55,228 bases of DNA, from NCBI GenBank assembly GCA_028571455.1, contig JAPVVG010000208.1, positions 1 to 55,228 of the forward strand, read 5' to 3'. Below are positions 47,010-55,228 of the stretch, piece by piece (within the stretch, counting starts at the first letter, position 1; every line of letters starts with the position of its first letter). Both the position numbers and the translations under genes were made by a program. The notes below the pieces were generated by a model, which worked only from the letters and a program-made list of their open reading frames with translations, ran no database searches and was not told the DNA's origin. This DNA comes from Desulfobacteraceae bacterium. Its GTDB lineage: Bacteria; Desulfobacterota; Desulfobacteria; Desulfobacterales; ETH-SRB1.

Positions 47010-48173
47010 ATGGAAACAATAACCCGCTTTTTCCGGGATACAAAACAGAGCTTTTTTTTGTTTGGACCACGAGGTACCGGGAAATCTACATGGGTTCATG
47101 AAAATCTAAAGAACGCCCTGTTTATTGACCTGCTCGCGCCGGAAGTCTTTCGAGCTTACTCAGCCAAACCGGAGAGACTGCGTGAAGTTTCTGAAGCATA
47201 TAAATCAGGAGGCACAATTGTTATAGATGAAATTCAAAAAATACCCGAGCTTTTGGATGTGGTTCATCAGCTTATGGAACAGCGCTATGACTGGCGTTTT
47301 ATATTGACAGGATCAAGCGCAAGAAAGCTAAAACAGACAGGGGTTGATTTGTTGGCAGGACGTGCGGTGGTTAAAACCATGCATCCGTTTATGGCGGCAG
47401 AGCTTGGCAGCCTGTTTTCTTTGGAAAAGGCCCTTACTATAGGATTGGTTCCTTTGGTATTGGGCGCACCAAGCCCAAAAGAAACAGTCAGCGCTTATGT
47501 CGCTCTTTATCTAAAAGAAGAAGTTCAAATGGAAGGCCTTGTCCGTAATATCGGCGCCTTCAGCCGGTTTTTGGAAGCCATCAGCTTTTCCCATGGAGCT
47601 GTTTTAAATATCTCCGAAGTTGCCAGAGATTGCCAGGTTGAGCGCAAAACGGTTGAAGGTTATATTTCAATTCTTGAAGACTTGCTTCTATCCTTTCGCA
47701 TACCTGTTTTTACAAAACGGGCCAAACGGCATTTGTCATTTCATCCCAAATTTTACTATTTTGATGCGGGGGTTTTCAGGTCGGTCCGCCCTGCCGGACC
47801 AATAGACAGCCCTCAGGAAATCGACGGAGCTGCAATAGAAGGCCTTGTCGCTCAGCATCTCAGAGCGTGGAATTACTATAGTGGAGGGAGTTGCAATCTT
47901 TACTTCTGGCGGACAAAATCAGGAAATGAAGTTGACTTTGTGGTTTACGGAAAGGACACCTTTTGTGCCATAGAAGTTAAAAACACGATAAGAATACAAT
48001 CAAAAATGCTTAAAGGTTTGATTGCTTTTAAAGAAGATTATCCTGAGGCACAAGCCTGTCTGTTGTACCGTGGCAAAGAGCGCCTTAAAATAAAAGATAT
48101 CTTGTGTATGCCATGCGAAGAGTTCCTGATGAACCTGAAACCAGATAAAAAAACAGTATGCGGTATGAAGTAA
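47010..48173 (+). CDS. AAA_14 ATPase with DUF4143 and a C-terminal nuclease-like EVK motif
   Basis: GPRGTGKS, IDEIQK, LTGSS, LAGRA, PKFYYFDAG, EVDFV, AIEVK. Confidence 0.9.
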   Translation: METITRFFRDTKQSFFLFGPRGTGKSTWVHENLKNALFIDLLAPEVFRAYSAKPERLREVSEAYKSGGTIVIDEIQKIPELLDVVHQLMEQRYDWRFILTGSSARKLKQTGVDLLAGRAVVKTMHPFMAAELGSLFSLEKALTIGLVPLVLGAPSPKETVSAYVALYLKEEVQMEGLVRNIGAFSRFLEAISFSHGAVLNISEVARDCQVERKTVEGYISILEDLLLSFRIPVFTKRAKRHLSFHPKFYYFDAGVFRSVRPAGPIDSPQEIDGAAIEGLVAQHLRAWNYYSGGSCNLYFWRTKSGNEVDFVVYGKDTFCAIEVKNTIRIQSKMLKGLIAFKEDYPEAQACLLYRGKERLKIKDILCMPCEEFLMNLKPDKKTVCGMK

Positions 48174-48867
48174 GGAGTAAACAGAGCAAAGAATCCGTGG
48201 CAAAAAAATATGACGAAACCCACAACCACAATCCCCATCGCTTCAATCATCCTTGATGAAGATATCTATCCGAGAAAGGGGATCGATCCCAGGCGTGTCG
48301 GCATATTCGCCGAAAATATCAGAGATGGCTTCAAATTTGAGCCTATTGAAGTGGAGCCTGACCCCGGCAAGCCCGGCAGATACCGTCTGCTTGATGGCGC
48401 CCACAGATGGGGTGCCTACAAGACAACCGGGGTAACAGAGGTCGAAGCAGTCATAAAGAATCTTGATGGGGAAGATCCACTCCTCTACGCCGCAAAAAAA
48501 GCCATTGGCCCGAAACAGTTGACAGAAGATGAGGCAAGAGACACGGCGCGACGCGCATACACCAGAAACTCCAGTCTCAGCTCCGCGGATATCGGAAAGG
48601 CCATCGGACGCGCGAGACGAACTGTGAACTCTTACATAGCAGACCTTAAAACTATAACCCAGATGGGCATGGACATCAAGATATTCCGCATGAATCGCCT
48701 CGGTATTCCCCAGGACAGGATTGCAAAGAGATTGGGACAAGCCAGGGAGGTGATCCGTGACCATTTGGCGAAAATGGCAGTATTGCCAAATCCGCCAAAT
48801 ACAGATTTGTCCAAAGGCTTCACCGTTTCTCAGGTAGCAGAAAAACACGGCTGGACAGAACCAATGG

Positions 48868-48970
48868 CCTGCCCGCAATGCCTTTGCATGGATTTATCGA
48901 TGTGCCGGAATTGAGTGCCTGCAAATGCGGTTGTACTATATCAACTTAATTACAACGCATGGCAGGCGGG
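48868..48970 (+). mobile_element. 103-bp CCTGCCCGC...GGCAGGCGGG micro-insertion (frameshifting)
   Basis: Splits codon G|TC; shares the first 18 bp and most of the last ~23 bp with 1165-1265. Confidence 0.85.
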
Positions 48971-49092
48971 TCTGGTCGCTGGCTCTCGATAACAAAGAAG
49001 ACCTTGAAAGATTCAAGGAACTCGGCTGGGGATTGAGGACATGGGATCAGTGGGAATGGAACGATTGCGACAAAAGATTCGGAGATGATTGG

Positions 49093-49167
49093 CCTGCCCG
49101 CCATCGCTCTCGTCCAACGGAGGCAGTCAGCGTTGCTTATGATTTTCGCTCAGGCGAGGCGGGCGGG
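49093..49167 (+). mobile_element. 75-bp in-frame micro-insertion encoding PARHRSR...RSGEAGG
   Basis: Ends match 7347-7386; removal gives GAT TGG|CGG GAT TTT CAG (DWRDFQ), matching DYREFQ of the 5381 paralog. Confidence 0.8.
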
Positions 49168-49526
49168 CGGGATTTTCAGAGCAAACCGGCGGCAGAAGAA
49201 TCCGGCAAAGGGGCAATCCTTATAGACGACTACCTCCGGATTCTGAACAAAACCGGCTGGCAGCACACCCACATCATCCAGGCCCCCATGTCCGCGCAAC
49301 GCTTCAGCGCAGTGGTCGTCGCCGCAATGCAGAAAAAAAGAATACTTGGTGTTACAAGCAGGTATGTGATAGTCCTGAAACAAATTGGATAGGGAAAATA
49401 CAGCCGAAAAAATATGGGGGTCGGACCACGCTATCGGGCTGAAATAGCAGGGAAATCTTCTAAGATGAGGCTTTTTTGTAAAATGGCATAAAACAAAAGG
49501 AAAGTCAAGCAAATACAGACAATTAA

Positions 49527-49685
49527 ATGATATTTTGCACTACTTTTAAGAAAAATATATTGGCCGAAATAGCAACAATTTCAAGGGGAGTTGAAAGAAT
49601 TCGGGCGAAACTTGAACGAGAATTCAGTTTAGCAAACATCGCAAAGAAATACCTACAATTTTATCGTCAAATAATGGAACAATAA
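49527..49685 (+). pseudogene. Probable GT4 glycosyltransferase 3' remnant
   Basis: IRAKLEREFSLANIAKKYLQFYRQI* resembles a GT4 terminal helix; its stop abuts the next ATG. Confidence 0.5.
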
Positions 49686-50423
49686 ATGATATCAGAGAAT
49701 CCAAAAATATCTATTATTACTGTATGTTATAATGCTGAAAAAACGATAGAGAATACTATAAGATCTGTTATTTCGCAAACCTATAAATATATTGAATATA
49801 TTATTATTGACGGTGATTCGACCGATGGCACATTAAACATTATCAAACGATACAAAGATAATATCGACGTTTTGATTTCAGAAAAAGATAACGGCATCTA
49901 TGATGCAATGAATAAAGGTATTAAAGCATCTAGCGGGGATATCCTATATTTCCTAAATTCGGATGATGTTTTTTATAACGCATCAATAGTGGAAAAAATT
50001 GTTGAAGTTTTTTTAGAAAACCCTGCAAATAAAATAGTTTATGGCAAAATCATAGTAGGGAACAATACGTTACGAAATACAAATTTATCTCAGCAACACA
50101 ATCCTTATCTAAAAAATAAAATTGATCTTTTTGTCAAAGGAATGTGCCATCAAAGTTTCTTTTCCAAAAAAGATGTTTTTAACATTACAGGATTGTTTAA
50201 TTTAAAATATAAAATCTCCGCTGATTTCGACTGGGCAGTAAAACTATTTCAAAATGAAATCCCAATGGTTTATATAGATAATCCAATTGCTTTTTATAAC
50301 CCTGAAGGTATTAGCCACAAAAATATCAAGTTGCGAAGAAATGAAAAACAAAAAATAATATTTCAAAACAGCACACTCTTTGACCTGATAAGATTTAGTT
50401 TTCGTAGGATAAAATATATTTAA
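49686..50423 (+). CDS. GT2 glycosyltransferase (WcaE-like)
   Basis: ISIITVCYN, IDGDSTDG, GIYDAMNKG, FLNSDD, SADFD. Confidence 0.9.
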   Translation: MISENPKISIITVCYNAEKTIENTIRSVISQTYKYIEYIIIDGDSTDGTLNIIKRYKDNIDVLISEKDNGIYDAMNKGIKASSGDILYFLNSDDVFYNASIVEKIVEVFLENPANKIVYGKIIVGNNTLRNTNLSQQHNPYLKNKIDLFVKGMCHQSFFSKKDVFNITGLFNLKYKISADFDWAVKLFQNEIPMVYIDNPIAFYNPEGISHKNIKLRRNEKQKIIFQNSTLFDLIRFSFRRIKYI

Positions 50424-50482
50424 AACCACTCTCAAAAACCCTTTTTCAACTTGTCGCTTGACATCGTAGGAATAATTCTAAA

Positions 50483-51598
50483 TTGAAAATTCTTGTATTA
50501 ACTAAAAGACAGACAACTCACAATGATATCATTGATAAGCGATTTGGAAGAAGTTGGGAAATACCCTATGGACTATCAGAATTGGGGCATAGCGTCCGTG
50601 TTATCTGCTTAAGTTATCAAAACAAAGATGAAGGTGTTCTTCTAATAGAAGAAAACATATCTGGAAATGATATTGAATGGCATTCTTTTAACATCGGAAA
50701 AACAAAAATATGTGGGATATTAAAATACTACAGAAAAGTTTTTCACCTTGCTAAAAAAATCAAACCTGATGTTATTATATCGATGTCAGATTCTGTCTAC
50801 ACGATCTTGGGGAATATAATATCCAAAAAAATTCAATGTAAACACATCACTGATCTGCAAGACAATTATGAAGCTTATGATTCAGCAAGAATCCCCGGTA
50901 TTATACCTTTATTTCGCAAAGCCATAAGGGACTGTGACGGGTTGGTCTGCGTCAGCGACCTTCTTTTGAACAAGATAAAAAATGAATGCGATCTAACTAA
51001 GACCCGCACGATAACTTTGATCAACGGCGTATCAAAAAAACGATTTTTTCCCAAAGATAAAGTAGCATGCAGAAAAAAGCTTAATCTGCCGGAACACTGT
51101 CGGCTTCTGGGCATTGCCGGAGCTTTATATAAAGACCACGGTATTAATACAGTATTTGACGGTTTCGGCAATCTATCAAAAGATTGTCCGGATATCCATT
51201 TGGCTGTTGCCGGGCCAAGGGATATAAACATTCCCAACCTTCCGAAAATACATGATATAGGATTTCTTAGTCATAATAATATCCCTATCTTTTTTAATGC
51301 TCTGGATCTTGCCATTATATGCAATAAAAACTCTTTACAGTATTCTTATGGTTTCCCGATAAAAACATTCGAAATACTCGCTTGTGAAACGCCCTTAATC
51401 GCAACAAAAATGGGGCCGTTAGAACACTTTCTAAAAGAGTATCCTCAAAATCTATATGAACAAGGAAACATTAATAGTTTCATCTCGACCGTTCAAGAAC
51501 AATTAAGCACCCCCACCAAAATCAAAATACCAATAATTACATGGAACGATTTGGTAAAAGAATTAGAAACCCTTTTAAAATCGTTTCAAACAAAATAA
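50483..51598 (+). CDS. GT4 (GT-B) glycosyltransferase
   Basis: FPIKTFEILACETP; GT-B length. Confidence 0.82.
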   Translation: MKILVLTKRQTTHNDIIDKRFGRSWEIPYGLSELGHSVRVICLSYQNKDEGVLLIEENISGNDIEWHSFNIGKTKICGILKYYRKVFHLAKKIKPDVIISMSDSVYTILGNIISKKIQCKHITDLQDNYEAYDSARIPGIIPLFRKAIRDCDGLVCVSDLLLNKIKNECDLTKTRTITLINGVSKKRFFPKDKVACRKKLNLPEHCRLLGIAGALYKDHGINTVFDGFGNLSKDCPDIHLAVAGPRDINIPNLPKIHDIGFLSHNNIPIFFNALDLAIICNKNSLQYSYGFPIKTFEILACETPLIATKMGPLEHFLKEYPQNLYEQGNINSFISTVQEQLSTPTKIKIPIITWNDLVKELETLLKSFQTK

Positions 51599-51670
51599 TA
51601 AAATATGTTTTCTTTCGGTGTAGTTAAAACTATATTTGAGTTCGTTTTGGTTTGGACACAAATATTAAAA

Positions 51671-51961
51671 TCATGCTTGTTTTTTCATCTGAACAACTTT
51701 CTCACATAATTGTGAAAATGCAATTGCCGATGATCTTCTATAAAATTTTGTCACAGCTATCTTGTATCCAGAGTTCCGAAAGCGGTCAGCAAGCATCGGT
51801 TCCTTTGCAAGCCTCTCAATTGCTTTCGCAATCTCATCAGGTGACCGTTTATTAACCAGCAATCCTGTTTCCTCATGCTTTACTGAGTCAACGACACCCC
51901 CTACCTGAGTCGTAATAACTGGAGTCTTTACCACCATTGCTTCTAAAATAGCAAGACCCTG
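51671..51961 (-). pseudogene. Orphan 3' end of a GT4 gene, a diverged copy of the end of 52723-53988
   Basis: QGLAILEAMVVKTPVITTQVGGVVDSVKHEETGLLV versus QGLTVIEAMVAKTPVITTRVGGIVDSVRHEETGLLV. Confidence 0.85.
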
Positions 51962-51973
51962 CCTTATCTGAGC

Positions 51974-52726
51974 TTATTTAGAACCCGCATCCGCCCTTTC
52001 CGGTTGCCTCCTTAGCAGGAAGATCATTGTCGGGATAATCGGGAACAACAATCGAAGAATAAACCTCGGCGCTTTAAGAACAAGCCTCGCCGGAAAACTT
52101 ACAGACTCCACATCGGCCATGATTCGCATCGCTTCAAAGGACTGCTGGACATAGTTCAGCCCTATCTCTTCAAATAAACTGGTCAGCTCGAAATGACTCG
52201 TTGGGTTACAGTCATACACTTCGCCTCGACCAATTAAACGGACATAAGAAGAACGAAGACTTTGCGGGAGCCAGCTTAACAGAGGCAACTTAAAATGAGG
52301 TTCAATTAACCGCCACCGATTCGGAACAGCGAAATAGCACCACCCGTCCTCCTTCAAAACCCTATGGATTTCCCCCAAATGGTTTAACTGGGATTTTCGA
52401 TCACCTACATGCTCCATGACATGGTTAGAAATTACGGCATCGAACGATTTATTCTCAAACGGAAGCGCAGTATCGTTTACTTGAACAAAGCGAAAGCCAT
52501 CTCGAACCTGAAGTTGGTCTGTCACATCCACTGCAATCACCTTCCCCTCTGGACCAACGCATTTTGAAAAATGGTTGGCAATAATGCCCGAGCCAGTGCC
52601 CACTTCAAGCACTCGCGCTCCCTTTAGTGCCAATACCATCGATAGGATAGCCTCAATCTTATGTGCTTTCTCTTGCCTTGAATTTTTGTCTAAAGCTGCG
52701 TATGGCTTTCGCACACTTGTATTCAT
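51974..52726 (-). CDS. Class I SAM-dependent methyltransferase
   Basis: VLEVGTGSG, LPFENKSFD, NHVMEHV, RVLKEDG. Confidence 0.9.
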   Translation of the reverse strand: MNTSVRKPYAALDKNSRQEKAHKIEAILSMVLALKGARVLEVGTGSGIIANHFSKCVGPEGKVIAVDVTDQLQVRDGFRFVQVNDTALPFENKSFDAVISNHVMEHVGDRKSQLNHLGEIHRVLKEDGWCYFAVPNRWRLIEPHFKLPLLSWLPQSLRSSYVRLIGRGEVYDCNPTSHFELTSLFEEIGLNYVQQSFEAMRIMADVESVSFPARLVLKAPRFILRLLFPIIPTMIFLLRRQPERADAGSK

Positions 52727-53988
52727 CTTTCCCCATCCCTATTTACAACTCTTCGAGAGCCTTTTGACTGAATCATGCGCTCGAATAGGGCTGAAAAAGA
52801 TTTTGCAGAAGATGTCCTGGAAAATTTATTCACAGCTACCTTATATCCTTGTCCACGCAGACAATCTGCAAGTGAAGGTTCTCGCACAAGTCGCTCAATA
52901 GCTTTCACAATCTCATCTGGCGACCGTTCATTTACAAGCAACCCTGTTTCCTCGTGTCTTACTGAGTCAACGATACCACCTACCCGCGTCGTAATAACAG
53001 GAGTCTTTGCCACCATTGCTTCAATAACAGTTAGACCCTGCGCTTCAATCCACCCATCACTTGCAGCTCTTGATGGACCAATAAAGATATCACCGGCAGC
53101 CAGATAGGCTGAAACGTCATCTGGTTTGACCCAACCGGTAAATATCACACGATCTGAAAGTCCAAATGTCTTAGTCAAACCTTCCAAATAAGGCCGATCT
53201 TGCCCCTCTCCTATAATCAATGCAGTAATATCAGGAAATCTGGGAACCAGGATAGCAACTGCTCTAATCAGGTCTTCCACACCTTTTTCTTCCACAACTC
53301 GTCCAACAAAAATAAGTAAGGGTCCATCCCCATGTCTATACCGATTCCTCAGATCCCCTGATGATGGGGATGATTTTGCTCTATGTGTTGTAACTCCCAT
53401 TGGAATTCGGTGTAATTCTTGCAAATCCGGCGCAATTTCGCTCACAGCTCTCTCTGTCACTGAACTGTTAACGGTTACGGCATCTGCATGACGAAACGTA
53501 AGGCGTTTGAACTTGGTTAATAAAGAGCTTTGAAGGCCGAAAACATCTCCGCCATGCACTGTAGTAACATGAGGAATCCCTAAAAAACCGGCTGTCAATA
53601 TACCGGTAAATCCTTGCGGCAAAATCCAGTGTGAGTGCAACAGGTCGTATTTCCTTTCGATCAACCTGAAAAAAAGATTTAAGCACTCAGATGTCACCAA
53701 AGCAGGCAATTTGAGATAATTTGTTCGATCTTTCCGGAGATTGATGAGTGCACCACCTTGATAGCAAACGGTTTCTAATACCGACGGCCACAAATATCGA
53801 AATCGTTCGACCTTGACACCTTCTATGGTTTCTCTTAAAGCTGCTCCATCGGCATGCGGCGCAAGTACGTCAATCTGCCAGTCAAGTTGCTGGAGGTCCT
53901 GAGTTAATTGTAAAACAAAAGGGGTTGTGCTATCGCCGATCCATCTGGGGAAATTAGAGGTCACACACAGAATCCGACCACGTATCAT
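52723..53988 (-). CDS. GT4 glycosyltransferase
   Basis: HSHWILPQG, FVGRVVEEKG, EAQGLTVIEAM. Confidence 0.92.
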   Translation of the reverse strand: MIRGRILCVTSNFPRWIGDSTTPFVLQLTQDLQQLDWQIDVLAPHADGAALRETIEGVKVERFRYLWPSVLETVCYQGGALINLRKDRTNYLKLPALVTSECLNLFFRLIERKYDLLHSHWILPQGFTGILTAGFLGIPHVTTVHGGDVFGLQSSLLTKFKRLTFRHADAVTVNSSVTERAVSEIAPDLQELHRIPMGVTTHRAKSSPSSGDLRNRYRHGDGPLLIFVGRVVEEKGVEDLIRAVAILVPRFPDITALIIGEGQDRPYLEGLTKTFGLSDRVIFTGWVKPDDVSAYLAAGDIFIGPSRAASDGWIEAQGLTVIEAMVAKTPVITTRVGGIVDSVRHEETGLLVNERSPDEIVKAIERLVREPSLADCLRGQGYKVAVNKFSRTSSAKSFSALFERMIQSKGSRRVVNRDGER

Positions 53989-54010
53989 CTTGTTTCCTTA
54001 AACCAGTTTT

Positions 54011-54973
54011 TCATTTTTTATTATTCTTTGTAAAATGATCGAATTCTATACGCTTTACCCTCAACAAAGTTTCCTCAATGAGCTTGCGGTTAAAAGAAAT
54101 AACATCTGCAACAAGCCCAATCATAAAAACCTGGAAACCAATAATGAATAAAATAGCTGCCAGAATCAAAGACTGAATGTGACCGCTTCCCTCCCCTATT
54201 AAATAGTAAAAAAGAAACCGTATTGATGGAATCAGCCCGCCGAATACACAAAGGCAGCCAATGTAAAAGAAAAGCCTAAGGGGCTTATACATGGCATATG
54301 TACGTATCATGGTGGTTAAAGAATGTTCCAGAAATTTTGGAATGCTTTGGAACAGTCTCGATTCTCGGGTCTTTGGATTCGTCCCAACAGGAACATTGGC
54401 CACGGCGAGATTTTTCTTGCCTGCCTGGATAACCGTTTCAATGGTATATGAAAAAGCAGAGACAATATTCATTTGCATGGCTGCTTCACGACTAAAGGCC
54501 CGAAAACCGCTCACCACATCCGGCACGTCGGTTTTTGAAAGAATCCGTACAACGAAACTGCCAAATTTTTGCAATTTTTTCTTGGTCGAGCTGAAATGGG
54601 GAATTTTGTCGGTCTGGCGATCACCGATTACAATATCTGCTTGGCCTTTTAATATCGGAGCAATCAGTTTTGGGATGTCTTCCCCTTTGTACTGATTGTC
54701 ACCGTCCGTATTGACGATAATATCAGCTCCAAGCCGCAGAGAGGCATCCAAGCCGACAAGAAAAGTCTGAGCCAGCCCTTTATTGCAAGTGTTTTTTACA
54801 ATATGATCAACTCCGGCCGATTTTGCAACCTCGATGGTTTTGTCCGTGCTCCCGTCATCGATAACCAATATCTCTACTTCATCGATTCCATCTATCTGCC
54901 TCGGAATGTCACGCACAGTCTCTGGCAAAGTCTCTTCTTCATTGTAACATGGAATTTGAACAATGAGTTTCAT
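54011..54973 (-). CDS. GT2 glycosyltransferase with two C-terminal TM helices
   Basis: QIPCYNE, IDDGSTD, NTDGDNQY, SGFRA. Confidence 0.9.
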   Translation of the reverse strand: MKLIVQIPCYNEEETLPETVRDIPRQIDGIDEVEILVIDDGSTDKTIEVAKSAGVDHIVKNTCNKGLAQTFLVGLDASLRLGADIIVNTDGDNQYKGEDIPKLIAPILKGQADIVIGDRQTDKIPHFSSTKKKLQKFGSFVVRILSKTDVPDVVSGFRAFSREAAMQMNIVSAFSYTIETVIQAGKKNLAVANVPVGTNPKTRESRLFQSIPKFLEHSLTTMIRTYAMYKPLRLFFYIGCLCVFGGLIPSIRFLFYYLIGEGSGHIQSLILAAILFIIGFQVFMIGLVADVISFNRKLIEETLLRVKRIEFDHFTKNNKK

Positions 54974-55228
54974 AATTTTTACAAGGTGTTAGTTAAAAAC
55001 CAATTGTCTAAAAACAACAGAAGGCCTTCAACATCTTAAATCTAAAAAATGTGTTCTTATTTCTAACACTTTAAACAATATTTAAGACTTAGCGTGAGTT
55101 TACGAATTATCAAAAGTCAACTCTATAACCATTTGTTTTACAAGGAATATTGAGCTGTCAATTGTCCTCCCTAACTTGACAAATATTGTTCCATTCTAAA
55201 TAAATCGAAAAGCCGTTGCTGAACTTCA

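Larger units (their letters stand above)
48210..49392 (+). pseudogene. ParB/Srx-domain HTH protein with a methyltransferase-like tail, broken by micro-insertions and probably an internal deletion
   Basis: LLDGAHR (ParB-like). Removing 48868-48970 joins ORFs 48210 and 48925 in frame (PM-V-WSLAL). 49093-49167 is an in-frame insert. Confidence 0.75.

Noticed and set aside
47010-48173. AAA_14/DUF4143 ATPase as the mobiliser of the repeats or as a defence system
   Set aside because: A common accessory family; nothing in the sequence links it to the elements beyond adjacency.
44630-49392. Integron cassette array
   Set aside because: No integrase; the flanking hairpins differ from each other and lack consistent RYYYAAC/GTTRRRY attC boxes.

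Overview
Chromosomal window from a sulfate-reducer-like Desulfobacterota genome (taxonomy inferred from QrcD and protein style). Gene content in order: 3' end of qrcD plus a small membrane protein, murA, comEC, an MshEN-like AAA ATPase, a complete minus-strand Tad/Flp pilus locus (including an flp pilin missed by the ORF track, with a sigma-54 promoter), a PilZ protein, an island of GT-C-like membrane proteins with GT2 partners, and a mosaic surface-polysaccharide cluster. That cluster has a cytidylyltransferase/HpcH-aldolase/Maf-like module, several truncated genes and two four-helix-bundle (23S rRNA IVP/Avd-like) genes. The most unusual signal is non-coding and has two layers. (1) About a dozen 29-111 bp GC-rich hairpin insertions, mostly starting CCTG and ending GGG, with no target duplication. 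Their exact removal repairs reading frames and host repeats; they nest in each other and carry variable cores. (2) Inverted arms built from 7-9 bp tandem repeats, including a 12-unit TTTAGGG-type array, bracket both four-helix-bundle genes and recur without a gene at many gene junctions. No transposase, recombinase or reverse transcriptase is encoded in the window, so all mechanisms proposed are hypotheses.
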